DNA of 62,971 nt, filler included, from Octopus bimaculoides (GCF_001194135.2; 6 parts of 6 records of this genome joined end to end with filler, not necessarily neighbours in it), one strand, 5' to 3'; shown: positions 25,508 through 38,490, counted from the first letter of the whole stretch. Translations and numbers: made by a program. Notes: generated by a model not told the origin, from the sequence alone.

Positions 25508-25900
25508 TCGCAGGAATGGCTGTGTGGTAAGTAGCTTGCTTACCAACCACATGGCTTCAGGTTCAGTCCAACTGCGTGGCACCTTGGCCATGTGTCTTCT
25601 ACTATAGCCTCGGGCCAACCAAAGACTTGTGAGTGGATTTGGTAGATGGAAACTGAAAGAAGCCTGTCGTATATATGTATGTGTGTGTGTGTATGTTTGT
25701 GTGTCTGTGTTTGTTCCCCCAACATCACTTGACAACTGATGCTGGTGTGTTTATGTCCCTGTAACTTAGTGGTTCGGCAAAAGAGGTCGATAGAATAAGT
25801 ACTAGGCTTACAAAAAATAAGTCTTGGGGTCGATATGCTCGACTAAATGTGGTGCTCCAGCATGGCCAAAGTCAAAAGACTGAAACAAGTAAAAGAGTAA
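25508..25900 (+). mobile_element. SINE family A, full length
   Basis: aggaatggctgtgtggtaag...gactgaaacaagtaaaagagta. Confidence 0.9.
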
Positions 25901-26094
25901 GTCTGTCTCCAAGTGCTTGTGAATTGGTGATCATGTCTTCTCTGTTGTTTTATTGCCATTTATTTTACGAATATTATAAGTTTTATAAGTAAAATATTTT
26001 TCTGGGAATGAATTACAATTTATAACATTGCAACAATGGGAAATTATTGTTTTGTTTTACGAGCTGTCTCCAGGAACAAATTAACTTGTATATC

Positions 26095-26560
26095 GAGGCA
26101 TTTCTGTGTATCGAAATCGAACTAAATTCGACGTCTGGCATCCATGCCAACGTCATCTCCTTGGACACTAAACTCAGCTTGCGAAGACCTGTTGGGGCAA
26201 GCGAAAGCGAAATCGTGACGGCACCTGTTCCCAGCGTCGCCTCCCTGGCACTTGTGCCAGTGGCACGTGTAAAGACATTTGAGTGAGATAATTGCCAGTA
26301 CTGCTGGACTGGCTCCTGTGCAGGTGGCATGTAAAATACACCATTTTGAGCATGGGCATTGCCAGCACCGCCCGACTGGCCTTCGTGCTGGTAGCACGTA
26401 AAAGCACCCACTACACACTCGGAGTGGTTGGCGTTAGGAAGGGCATCTAGCTGTAGAAACTCTGCCAAATCAGATTGGAGCCTGGTGTAGCCATCTGGTT
26501 CACCAGTCCTTAGTCAAATCGTCCAACCCATGCTAGCATGGAAAGCGGACGTTAAATGAT
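26095..26560 (+). mobile_element. RTE 3' UTR (long) with internal tggcacgt repeats and gat tail
   Basis: Colinear with the reverse complement of 32575-33070 and with the UTR of 18832-19530. Confidence 0.85.
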
Positions 26561-27247
26561 GATGAGCATTATTTGTAATTCAACGGCACAACAGTGTAAG
26601 ACTNNNNNNNNNNNNNNNNNNNNNNNNNNNNNNNNNNNNNNNNNNNNNNNNNNNNNNNNNNNNNNNNNNNNNNNNNNNNNNNNNNNNNNNNNNNNNNNNN
26701 NNNNNNNNNNNNNNNNNNNNNNNNNNNNNNNNNNNNNNNNNNNNNNNNNNNNNNNNNNNNNNNNNNNNNNNNNNNNNNNNNNNNNNNNNNNNNNNNNNNN
26801 NNNNNNNNNNNNNNNNNNNNNNNNNNNNNNNNNNNNNNNNNNNNNNNNNNNNNNNNNNNNNNNNNNNNNNNNNNNNNNNNNNNNNNNNNNNNNNNNNNNN
26901 CCCTTTCAGATATACTTACGTTGTGATTTCTGCAATGTGGTGCATAAATTGTCAAGTAAATGAGACGCATCTTTGCCTCTATTGATTCACTTGCAAAGTG
27001 TTGAGTAAAATTATTTCGTTGCAGACCTCCTTTGAGTCTTTTTATTATCACTGCGACACACATAGTCCCCAGTTGGTAACATTGATTTCAAGGCCTTTCC
27101 AGATGAGAGACTGGCATTCCACTTAATGTCTATGTTCCATGCTGGCATGGATTGGAGAGTTCTTAATGTAGAAATATGGTATCGTAGCTACTAATAGTTG
27201 AGGGTTGCGTAGTCTAGACGGCGTTTTTAGATTTCATTATTCTCTTT

Positions 27248-27278
27248 AACCCGGGCAAAGCCGGGTATTTCTGCTAGT
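27248..27278 (+). mobile_element. Helentron/HINE-type 3' terminus
   Basis: cccgggcaaagccggg hairpin followed by ..ctgctagt, typical of recalled Helitron-like non-autonomous ends. Confidence 0.5.
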
Positions 27279-27400
27279 ATATATAGAAATACCAGTCACG
27301 CACGGCAACAGAGACCGATAGAATAAGTCCAGGGGTAGATTTACTTGACTAAAAACGGTGCTCCAGCATGGCCACAGTCAAAATGACTGAAACAAGTAAA

Positions 27401-27441
<41 letters not shown>

Positions 27442-27507
27442 TGAAGCAGCCTGTTGCTGATCCCTTAATTTTGTTTATATATATATATATATAATATATA
27501 TATATAT

Positions 27508-27875
27508 AGGCGCAGCAGTGGCCATGTGGTAAGAAGTTTGCTTCCCAACCACATAGTTCTAGGTTCAGACCCACTGTGTGGCATCTTGGGCAAGTGTCCT
27601 CTACTATAAGCCTTGTGAGTGGATTTGGTTGATGGAAACTGAAAGAAGCTTGTCGTATATATATGTGTGTGTACATGTGTTTTTCTTTGTCTGCCTCTCC
27701 CATCGCTCGACAACTGACGTTGGTGTGTTTACATCCCCGTAACTTAGCAGATGAGCAATAGAGACCGACAGGATAAGTACTAGGCTTACAAAGAATAAGT
27801 CCTGGGGGTCAATTTGTTGGGCTAGAGGCATTGCTGCAACATGGCCACAGTCAAATGACTGAGACAAGTAAAAGA
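27508..27875 (+). mobile_element. SINE family A, full length
   Basis: Family consensus motifs. Confidence 0.9.
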
Positions 27876-28044
27876 AATATTGTTGGCAATTTTTGCTTTT
27901 CAGAATGCTGCTTCCGTCATCAGAAGCCATTTGAGTGCATTGTGAAAACACTATTTTTACATTAAAACTTTTCAGATGGAAATTGGATTTTTTTTTTTTT
28001 ATGTTAAAAGAATTGTTTATTTTATTTCATTTTATTTTTATTTT

Positions 28045-28425
28045 CATAGTGGCTGTGTGGTAAGTAGTTTGCTTACCAACCACATGGTTCTGGGTTCAGT
28101 CCTACTGCATGGCACCTTGGGCAAGTGTCTTCTGCTGTAGCCTCGGGCCGACCAAAGCCTTGTGAGTGGATTTGGTAGACAGAAACTGAAAGAAGCCCAT
28201 CGTATATATGTATATATATGTATGTGTGTGTCTGTGTTTGTTCCCCCAACATCGCTTGACAACCGATGCTGGTGTGTTAACGTCCCCGTAACTTAGCGGT
28301 TCGGCAAAAGAGACCGATAGAATAAGTACTAGGCATCCAAAGAATAAGTCCTGGGGTCGATTTGCTCGACTAAAGGCGGTGCTCCAGCATGGCCACAGTC
28401 AAATGACTGAAATGAGTAAAAGAGT
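28045..28425 (+). mobile_element. SINE family A, best-preserved copy
   Basis: tRNA-like head (gtggctgtgtggtaag...ggttcagtcc), central ggcaccttgggcaagtgtct (CORE-like), (TA/TG) linker, and tail ctaaaggcggtgctccagcatggccacagtcaaatgactgaaa. Confidence 0.92.
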
Positions 28426-28437
28426 ATGTGTGTGTGT

Positions 28438-28690
28438 GTTCTTTTACTTGTTTCAGTCACTTGACTGCGGCCATGCTGTAGCACTGCCTTTAGTTGAAGA
28501 AATCAATTCCAGGACTTATTCTTAGTGCTTATTTTATCAGTCTCTTCTGCTGCACCGCTAAGTTACAGGTGACGTAAACACACCAACATGGGTTGTCAGG
28601 CGATGGTGGGGAACAAACACAGACACACATGCACAAATATTCAATGGACTTCTTTCAGTTTCCGTTTACCAAATCCACTCACAAGGCGAT
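28438..28690 (-). mobile_element. SINE family A, 3' two-thirds, tail-to-tail with the previous copy
   Basis: cttttacttgtttcagtcacttgactgcggccatgctg...accaaatccactcacaaggc. Confidence 0.88.
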
Positions 28691-28715
28691 AAAATAGAAA
28701 TGTTTACTTCCTGTC

Positions 28716-29070
28716 TTTTTACTTGTTTCAGTCATTAGGCTGCGACCATGCTGGGGCACCGCTTTGAAGCACTTTTAGTCAAATCTATCAACCTCAGTAC
28801 TCTTTTCTTGTTTTTTAAAGCCTGGTACTTATTCTATCAGTCTGTTTTTCTGGACCGCTAAGTTACGGGGACGTAAACACACCAGCACTGGTTGTCAAAT
28901 GGTGTTAGGGGACAGACACACACACGTATGATGGACTTCTTTCAGTTTCTGTCTACCAAATCCACTCAGAAGGCTTTGGTCAGCCTGAGGTTATAGTAGA
29001 AGAGTGCCACGCAGTGGAACTGAACCCAGAACCATGTGGTTGGGAAGCAAATTTCTTGCCACACAGTCAC
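28716..29070 (-). mobile_element. SINE family A, full length
   Basis: Family consensus, reverse orientation. Confidence 0.88.
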
Positions 29071-29199
29071 TCGGCCGATTGATTAAACCTATAAATAATG
29101 AACCGATTATGATTATTAGAAACAGCTGTAAGTCAAACTTAGTACAATGAAGGCAAATATGTAATGACTGTTACTAATGTAAATTATCAATCCAATGCA

Positions 29200-30311
29200 G
29201 TAGCTACATTTCACCTTGATTATAGCCTGCAAACAAGGGGTCACCGGGTTGCCCCCAACTTGAGTCATGAAGACAGAAGTGCTATCTTCAGATCTGACAC
29301 ATTTGAATAGGAGCAAGCAGAAACATTACTCTCTAAGATGGACCAGATTGCAAAGTCCATGGGGATTGATGTCGGGACTTTCAGGGAGGCCATGTTGACT
29401 TGTCCCCAAAACTGCTGAAATGCTCTTTGCACCACTTCTGTGTCAATTGGGACGTGCGGGCCAGAGCCCAGTCTTGAATGAAGGTGTAATGGTCACCAAA
29501 GGTTTCTGTGACCCAGGATAACGCTTTCTTATCCAACATTTTCACATACACTTCACTGATGAACATCAAGGGAGACTTGGGCCCATCAGATACAACTGGC
29601 TACTGATGGTGTAAATGACTGCTGCTACCCAGGAGCTTGTCCCCTGCATTATGTGCATAAAGCCTCCACACTGAAGATCTTCTCGTCAGACCAGATCAAC
29701 ACTTTGTTAGAAGCATGCTTCATCTCAACCAACTTAGTTTTACCCCTGTTTATCCATTCCTTCTTGGAAGTTGCTGAAATTAAACTGCCGGGATTGTTTC
29801 TTGCGTGCAGTTAGCTTAAAATCCTCTTTAAAAATCTTGTGCATCGACGATTTCGAAATATCAAGAACTTTTGCAGTTTTTCTTGCACTCTTGCGGGGAT
29901 TTCGGTGCATTTGTTTCTTCACAGCTTCAACAGTTTGTTTGGTATAGATTGATAATTTCCTACGAGGAATCGGTTTGCTAGAGATAGTAGCTTGAACACT
30001 GTTTTACAACACTCATTCAACTATTTTGTCACGTCTTTGTTGCTCACTCCAGCTGTTTTCAAATTAACATTTTGCGTTCAATGCCATGTTTGTTTACAAA
30101 CCTGTTATACACAAATGAAACAATAGACATCGGAACAAAAGACATGAGCAAATCTCTCTTTACTATTTTACTTGTTTCAGTCATTTGACTGCGGCCATGC
30201 TGGAGCACCGCCTTTAGTCGTGCAAAATGTAAAATGTAGATAATATTACCTGAACCAGTATTCTTTAGGAAGAGTTTTAAACATGGGTAAATCTCTCTGG
30301 GACACCCTGTG
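29200..30311 (-). mobile_element. Decayed Tc1/mariner transposon, DD37D (maT-like) transposase pseudogene
   Basis: The minus strand shows HTH-like RNPRKSARKTAKVLDISKSSMHKI, then WSDEK (D1), FIQDW (D2) and WPP.SPDINPMDFAIW (D3). D2-D3 spacing is 37 aa after correcting two +1 frameshifts. One terminus (cagggtgtccca) lies at about 30299-30311. A SINE A tail is inserted at about 30160-30220. Confidence 0.85.
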
Positions 30312-30534
30312 TATATAGTGATCCTAAGTTGGTAATTCCCAAGATAGAAAATGCTTTTATGCATGGATATCGAGGCAAAATAATTATTTTGGATAGAATT
30401 AGAGAATATTAAAAAAAATTTTTGTCTGGTTCAAGTCTGGAGCTGGTAAGAATACAGATGTTTGGATTGAAACTAATTGTTGTCACCCTTCCGTCCAGAT
30501 AGTTTATTATATTTCTGCTTAGATAATAAAAGGT

Positions 30535-30770
30535 ACAGGTGTGGCTAAGTGGTAAGAAGCCTGCTTTGCAACCAAATGGTTCCAAGTTCAGTCTCACTGC
30601 GTGGCATCTTCGACAAGTGTCTTCTACTATAGCTTTGAGAGTGGATTTAGTAGATGGGAACTGAAAGGAGTCTGTTGTATATGTGTGTGTGTGTGTGTTT
30701 GTCCCCCTGCCATTGCTTGACAACCCATGTTGGTGTGTTTATGTCCCTGTAGCTTATCAGTAAAAGTGGA
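30535..30770 (+). mobile_element. SINE family A, 5' two-thirds
   Basis: Family motifs. Confidence 0.8.
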
Positions 30771-31179
30771 AAAAAATATGAAAATATCTCATTTTATTTA
30801 TTTATTTTTACTTGTTTTAGTCATGAGACTGGGGCCCATCTTTGAGCAATACCTTGAAGAATTTCTTTAGTTAAACAAATCGACCCCACTGGATATTTTT
30901 ATTTTTTTAAGCTTGGTACTTAAAAATCATGGTTAGAGGCCTTGGTCTTGGGACCAATCATATCTAGAAACTGAGGTTAGAGGTAAGCAAGGGCATCCTT
31001 GTTGCAGAAGATCCTGCTCCAAAAAGGCCTCACGATAGCAAAGGAGAATGGGCACCAGCCAGCCCAGAGGTTAGTGTGGGCTGCACCCGCCTACCTCGGT
31101 TGCTATGGCATTGAGGTACATCCGACCACCCCCATTAACGGGGACAAAACCCTGATTCAAAACACTTGATGATGACGAT

Positions 31180-31430
31180 GACTTATTCCATCGGATTCTT
31201 TCACCAAACTGCAAGTTATGTGGACGTAATCAAACCACCACCAGTTGTGAAGCAGTGACCAGGGACAAACATACCCTCATATATTATACATGATGGGCTT
31301 CTTTCAGTTTCTGTCTGAAATCCATTCACAAGGCTTAGGTTGGCCTGAGGCTATAGCGAAAGACACTTGTCCTAGGTACCATGCAGTGGGACTGCGCTTG
31401 GAACCATGGGGTTGGGGTGAAAGCTTCTTG
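31180..31430 (-). mobile_element. SINE family A, decayed
   Basis: gggcttctttcagtttctgtct..gaggctatagc.aagacacttg..atgcagtgggactg. Confidence 0.75.
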
Positions 31431-32034
31431 ATACACAACAATACTTATGTTTATAGTGTGTGTGTGTGTGTGTTTGTCATTAATATTTCCATGTTAGCAT
31501 CCACTTTTCTATGCCGACGAGGGTCAGGTGGAATGTGTTGAGGTGGATCTTCTGCAACTGGATACCCTTTCCGTCACCAAACCTCAACTGTTTCCAAACA
31601 AGGCAATATTCCTCCCCCGCCCGGGGCCAGATGTGTTTTTGCTTAGAGGATTGGAAATGAAAAACCTCACTTGTATGGCTGTGATGTTCGTTTACAACCA
31701 TCACATGATATCAAGACACACACACAGGCTCTTCAAATATATAATGTGCTTTCATTATTCTCATTACAGGACTGGCAGCCACCATTTGCAGTAAATGTGG
31801 ACACATTTACATTTGTGCCTCGGATACAGAAGTTGAATGAGTTGGAGGTTTGTTGTTTTGCTCATTACTATTGCCCTTGTTGTTGTTGTTTACTCCCAGG
31901 TCTGTCCTCTTTACAGGTGTTCTGTTTACAGGTGTTCTGTTGCTGCTCATTCTGAGGAAATAAAGTCGATCGAGGGGCGGTGTCTCTTTGTCAGATGCAA
32001 GTGACCTTATTAAAAAATAATAAGATGATCTCTT

Positions 32035-32370
32035 ATCTCTTACTGGTTTCAGTCATTGGACTGTGGCCATGCTGGGGCACCACTTCAAGGGTTTTTAGTT
32101 GAACGAATTGATCCCAGTACTTATTTTTTTAAAACTTGGTTGTTATTTTAACAGTCTTTTTTGTTGAACAGTTAAGTTACTGAGATGTAAGCATACCAAC
32201 AAGCTGTGGTGGGGGACAAACACAAAATCTCCCTCGATGGGCTTCTTTCAGTTTCCACTCAAGGATTTGATTGGTCCGAGGCTATAGTAGACAACACTTG
32301 CCCAAGGTGCTGCACAGCGGGACTGAACCCAGAACCATGTGGTTGGAAAGCAAGCTTCCTACCACACAGT
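32035..32370 (-). mobile_element. SINE family A, decayed full length
   Basis: Family motifs. Confidence 0.8.
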
Positions 32371-32574
32371 CTCAAATCTTTGGAGAGTGTATGATTAATT
32401 ATTGTGCTTGGCAGTAGTATCTTTTATATCTGGGTGTTGGATATATAATTTAACAAAGCAGGTGGAGGACAGAAATATATACATGATGCAATATGATTAC
32501 TATTACAAGAGACTCAACACTCTCAGCCAACGGCTCTCAGTGAACTGCTTATCAATCCTTTGCTCACTCCTCAT

Positions 32575-33070
32575 CACTGTTTAACGTCCGACTTCCATGC
32601 TAGCATGGGTTGACCGATTTGACTGAGGACTGGTGAAACCAGATGGCTACACCAGGCTCCAATCTGATCTGGTAAGGTTTCTACAGCTGGATGCCCTTCC
32701 TAACACCAANNNNNNNNNNTGGTAATGTTTCTACAGCTGGATGCCCTTCCTAACACCAACCACTCCGAGAGTGTAGTGGGTGCTTTTACGTGCTACCGGC
32801 ACGAGGGCCAGTTAGCCGGTATGGCAATGGCCACACTCAAAATGGTGTATTTTACATGCCACCTGCACAGGAGCCAGTCCAGCGGCACTGGCAACGATCT
32901 CGCTCGAATGTCTTTTCACGTGCCAGGAAGGTGAATCTGGGCACAAGTGCCATCACGATTTCGCTTTTGCTGGCCGAGTTTAGTGTCCAATGAAGGAGAC
33001 GACATTGGCCTGGGTGCCAGTTGTCGAATTTAGTTTAATTTCAATTTCACTTGCCTCAACAGGTCTTTGC
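32575..33070 (-). mobile_element. RTE 3' UTR (long)
   Basis: Reverse complement of 26095-26560. It spans a 10-N gap with a duplicated contig end. Confidence 0.85.
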
Positions 33071-33631
33071 AAGCGGAGTGACTTCTTTATTTTACGACAA
33101 TGAGGTCAGTCCACTTTTAGTCACTTGGGGGTGGTCAGAATCCTTCCACAACAGTATCCAACCATAGAAACCCTTCTGAAGCAGACATTTCAGCTCAACA
33201 TAGTCCTCTGGTTCATTAGATCTTGCCAAACCATTAAAACCATGCCAGTATGGAATGCGAATATTATATTATGCCAATGATGTTGGTGGTGGGCTTGTGT
33301 ATATTTGTGTGTCTGTGTGCGTATACGTATTGATGGTTTGTATGCTTTTCAAAACATTGTGAAGAAAATATATCTGAAACAGAAAGTGTGGGATATTTAA
33401 AGCAATGGTACTGTAGCCACTACTTAACATCCAAATACCTTCATATTTGTTGTATAGTGAAACTGTACACCCCCTCCTGGCACTGTACGACTGGGTGTCG
33501 TTTAGTGCTAGATAGAAACAGTCTATCGACGACCTCGTAGTATAATATTATCTGTCAGAGTGACAACTATTGTCAAAAGACATACAACAGTGGCAAAAGA
33601 CCGCTTTACAACAATATTATGTTGTTAATGT

Positions 33632-34013
33632 TGGCACTCCGTCGCTTATGACGCCGAGGGTTCCAGTTGATCCGATCAACGGAACAGCCTGCTCGTTAAA
33701 TTAACGTGCAAGTGGCTGAGCACTCCACAGACACGTGTACCCTTAACGTAGTTCTCGGGGGATATTCAGCGTGACACAGAGTGTGACAAGGCTGACCCTT
33801 TTGAATTACAGGCACAACAGAAACAGGAAGTAAGAGTGAGAGAAAATTGCGGTAAAAGAGTACAGCAGGGTTCGCCACCATCCCCTGCCGGAGCCTCGTG
33901 GAGCTTTAGGTGTTTTCGCTCAATAAACACTCACAACACCCGGTCTGGGAATCGAAACTGCGATCCTATGACCGCGAGTCTGTTGCCTTAACCACTGGGC
34001 CATCGTGCCTCCA
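33632..34013 (-). mobile_element. tRNA-derived SINE family B, full length
   Basis: Minus-strand head tggaggcacgatggcccagtggttaaggcaacagactcgcggtcataggatcgcagtttcgattccc (A/B boxes). Colinear with 57308-57616 and 57875-58243. Confidence 0.9.
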
Positions 34014-34589
34014 CTCAACAACAATATTATAATTTGTATATAATCAAAGACTTGTGCTAGTCAGGGTTGACTATAGATTTGCCACTTTCTGTGCAGCTCT
34101 GGGCCAGCAAGTCACCCTACACCGTTCCGACTTTGTTGTTCAAGACTGGCACCGGAATCATATGTGGCCATTGTCGTCAGAATGCAAAGGAAAAAAAAAT
34201 GCAAGACATCTTGTCCAGTGTTTGAATAGTTCCACCATTCCACCTCCCCTGCATTGGTGGGAATTATTTCTATTGACTCAGAAAGCATGAAAAGAAAGGT
34301 TGACTTCAGTTGGGTTTAGCCAATATGGTGTGTCTGTCGACAATTACTCCCTCGGGAACTTTTACAAACCTCTAACACTCCTAATTCCTCTGTCCCCCAC
34401 TCTCTTTTACTCAGCTCGTACCTTGAGGTATCACTGGGACACCTCATCGCTGTCATTTATCTCTTTCCAATTCCACTTGATCATTCCTACCCTCTGCTCT
34501 GCTCTGGTCCTCTCCTCCCATAATTTAATTCGTCTTCTGGCATAGGGGTTTCTCTTTGCAAGCTGCCTGGTGTCCTTACTACTGCTTTG

Positions 34590-34800
34590 TCATCTTAGTC
34601 CTAGTTCCACGCATACTGTTGGCCTATATGTTGGGCAGCAAGATGTTTCCTGCATCTTTCCACATGACGCTAAGTTGCTTCAGATCTTTAAAGGTGGCGC
34701 ATTATGTCCTCTTGGGTGTCCCTCTTGTGGTACCCATTGTGTAGCAGTCTTGGTAGTCGTCCTTCTGGCAGTCAAGGAACATGACCTGCAAATCTCTCCC
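34590..34800 (-). mobile_element. RTE LINE C-terminal fragment (another subfamily), decayed
   Basis: The minus strand reads RRERFAGHVP*LPEGRLPR / GTTRGTPKRT*CATFKDLKQLSVMWKDA. Confidence 0.7.
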
Positions 34801-34824
34801 TTCTTGGGACTTTAGGCTGTTGGC

Positions 34825-34995
34825 TTGAAAAGAGTACCCAGTGCATGCTGTGGGGTGGTCGGTGTTAGGAAGGGCATCCAGCCAAAGAAACCATGCCAAC
34901 ACAGCCGTTGGAGCACAGCGCTGTCTTTGGACCTGTTGGATCCTGTCAAGCAGTCCAACCCATGCCAGCATGGAACATGGGTGTTAAATGATGAT
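34825..34995 (+). mobile_element. RTE 3' UTR fragment
   Basis: gttaggaagggcatccagcc...aacccatgccagcatggaa...gttaaatgatgat. Confidence 0.75.
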
Positions 34996-35702
34996 ATGCT
35001 TATGGGCAAGAAGTTCACTTTGCAACCATGTGGTTTTGGTTTCAGTTCCATTGCATAGCACCTTGTGTAAGTGGCACCGCGTGGGCACTTTTACTTGGCA
35101 CTGCACAAGTGCTTTTACGTGATACCACAATAGTCAATAGAATAGACACAAAATTAAAACATTTACTCTTTCTTTTGGCCTTTAGTAAAATGATCCCTGG
35201 TGGTTGAGGACCCCTGCCCTAGGTTCATTCACTGCCATCTCAATGAATACTTCTATCATTTGTCCCACTATCACACCTCCCTCTCATTCACTATCATTCG
35301 TACCTCGATCACTCTTGTTTTCCCTTCTCTTAGGTGGTGAAGAAGCCAGCAAGGCAGTTGGGGTTGTGAGATCCTTTAGTTGTGACAAGGATGCGACAAC
35401 CTCTCTCGTGCTGGTGTCACAGAAAGCACATCCAGTTTATTTCGTAAACTGGTCAATTTTAGGAAAGGCACCAAGCCATAGAAATACAAGCAAGATGGGA
35501 TCGCTCCCTGTTCAACTCTTCTAGGTGAGCAGACTCCTAGAACCCATGCCGACATGATAATATACTACACACCTTCCGTTTTAATTTTAGTTTGCTTGTA
35601 TATATATATATATATATATAAGGTGACCTCAGTGACTTTAGCACTTGCAACAGATTGATGTTGCTATTGTAGAATATGAAACTTTCTCAGTATTCTGTCA
35701 TG

Positions 35703-35820
35703 TGGAGGCACATGGCCTAATGGTTAAAGTGTTGGACTCATGATACTAAGACTGTGGTTTTGATTCGTGGCCTGGATGATGCGTTGTGTTCTTGGGCAAA
35801 ACCTTTCATTTCTTGGTCTG
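35703..35820 (+). mobile_element. tRNA-derived SINE head related to family B
   Basis: tggaggcacatggcctaatggttaaagtgttggactcatga...gtgttcttgggcaaa. Confidence 0.6.
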
Positions 35821-36817
35821 TGTCCTGTCCAGTGAAGAATATACGAAAACCAGGAAATAAGCCTTGTGAATCTGTATGACTCGGGAAGGATCTGACTGTG
35901 TGTCGCTTAAAGAATAGATAGTGTTTGCGAGTGGAGAAAGCTTTCATCAACAGCCAGTGGATTGTCTCACACTGAGGACGGGTAACCACCTAGAAACCGT
36001 GGTCTGTGAGTATCACGTAAGGCTGGAGATGGGAGTGATGACCTCCCTTGCAAACACTATATTGACACAGGCTGTGTGTCGATAGCCAGCTGGAAAAGAT
36101 GTTTTCCTGGGGCTTAAACAACAGTAACATAGTTCTTTACAGGACTGCCACTTTCTGTTGGCAAATTTTACTATTGTTGCTGAGAGATTTAAAACAACCC
36201 CATTGTTTTATTATCCTAATTTAGTCACCTTTGAGCCCTCACTGTCTCTCTACCAGTTGATTTATCTGACTAGTATAGGCTTTTCAGAGCTGGTCCATCA
36301 TGCTCTCTGCATACTATGCAACATGCTTCAGATTGTGCGACGCACTGTGCAACTCTCCCTGCACGCCAAACAACACTCTCCGTCACCTGGTCCTTATGGC
36401 TCTGCGATTAGCTGGCTTGTTGGTGCTATACCTGTTAGGATATATATACTTCCTCCTGTGACCCATGTGAGAGTTATGTGGGTGGCTGAAACCACCGACT
36501 TAGCTATATTCCCGCCACATCCCACACAACGCTCAAACCCGGGGTCACTTGTAGTTGTACTGCAATTTCTTGGGGGCAAAGGACATGGCCTACACCACTC
36601 TAAGAAAATCACCTGCTTGCTCAAGCTTTTATAATGCATAGAAACTCGTGCAAGTCCATCATTTGAAATTTGGACAAAACCATTGTGCAGCATCCAGCCT
36701 GCATGCTCTCTCCTGCCTCCAAACTGCAGCTGACTCTTCCAGTTTCGTGCTAGAATTGTGCTCCATCCTCTGTCAAACCCTCCCTCTCAGCTCAAGTATT
36801 ATTTGTATATGTCTATT

Positions 36818-37148
36818 CTTTTACTTGTTTCAGTCGTTTGACTGTGGCCATGCTGCAGCACCACCTTTAGTTGAACAAATTGACTCCAGGCCTTATTCTC
36901 TGTAAGCCTAGTCCCTATTCTAACGGTCACTTTTGCCAAACCGCTGATGTACGGGGACGTAAACACATCAACATCAGTTGTCAAGCGATGGTGGGGTGAC
37001 AGACACACATATACATATACATGCACACACTCACACAATGGGCTTCTTGCAGTTTCCGTCAACAAAAGACACTTGCCTAAAGTGCCACACAGTGGGACTG
37101 AACGCAGAACCATGTGGTTGGGAAGTGAGCTTCTTACCACACAGTCAT
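36818..37148 (-). mobile_element. SINE family A
   Basis: Family motifs, tail to head. Confidence 0.85.
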
Positions 37149-37171
37149 GTTTGCACCTTTATATATATATA

Positions 37172-37233
<62 letters not shown>

Positions 37234-38339
37234 CACACAAACACATTACATAAACACTATATTTACTTGCATATAAATTACACTATTTTATACTGAATTT
37301 TAACTGAAACATTTTGGTGAATGAGTAAACTTTTTTTTCTTTGGTCCTGGGATATTACTTCAGGCTCCGAGGAGGCCCACAATGGCATGCTGCTACCACA
37401 TCTGTGATGGCCGTGTTAAAACACACACACACACACACACACACACAGAAGGAAAGGATGGCTGCCCCTTCCTCTTTCTCTCTCTCTCTCTCTCTCATAC
37501 ACACATAGACACAGACACACAATGAAATGTGAATCACACACTCAGAGAGAGAAAGACGAGTGACTCATACACACAAATACACAGAGAAAACAAGGGAGGG
37601 GGAGGGGTTACACACACACACACACACATCACTCCACTGTTTGGAATGAAGTGATTCACAAACCCACATCAATCTCCGTCCTACAGATATGCTGTGTCCT
37701 CTCTCTCTAACTTTTCCACTGTCACTACAATGGCTTCTGCTTTTCACTCAGGCGTTCTTCAGTCACTCATCCCCCCATTTAGTCCTACCGATACTCCCAC
37801 CCACTCAGGGACCCCCTACAAAACCCCTCGAATTTGTCCTTCGTTTACAGTAGGTGCTTGCCATGTGGATTGTCTTGATGCACTTGTCATATGGCTACCA
37901 TTCACGAACATCTCCCTCAACTAGACTCAGAGGGCATCATTGTTTCACTCGAACGGTGCCACTTTTGTGGCAGTGGCACTCGTTTACAACTGTTGCATGA
38001 TATCAAGATGAAGTCTGGTACGCACGCACGCACACACACGGTTGGCCCCTTTCAATTTGTTTATCAAATCCACTCTCGAGGGTTTGGTTAACCCTGGGCC
38101 CTAGTATAATACGTGACAAAGGTATCACAAGGATTAGACCTGGTAGTTGGGAAGGAATTTAAACCACACAGCCATGCTTGTTCACACACACACACACACA
38201 TGTATGTGTGTGTGTGTGTGTGTGTGTGTGCATATTGTATATATATATATATATATAGTAAAAATTGTGTATATGTGTGTGTATGTGCAATTCTATTACA
38301 GTCACGTAACCATGTCTCTTTGCATATGTATGCACATAT

Positions 38340-38490
38340 ACTATCGGAGTGGTCGGCGTTGGGAAGGGCCCCCAGCTGCAGAAACTCTGCCAGATCAGAT
38401 TGGATCCTGGTGCAGCCATCTGGTTTCACCAGTCCTCAGTCAAACCATCCAACCCATGCCAGCATGGAAAGTGGACGTTAAACGATGATG
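38340..38490 (+). mobile_element. RTE 3' UTR fragment
   Basis: cggagtggtcggcgttgggaagggcccccagctgcagaaactctgcc...gtggacgttaaacgatgatgat. Confidence 0.85.

Noticed and set aside
33559-33625. acagtggcaaaagac resembling the NRK P-loop exon (NSGK)
   Set aside because: Reads SGKRPL or VTTIVKRH depending on frame; no intact GK(T/S)T and closed by stops.
36500-36560. CVGCGGNI as LIM domain or gag zinc knuckle
   Set aside because: The downstream His/Cys ligands are missing.
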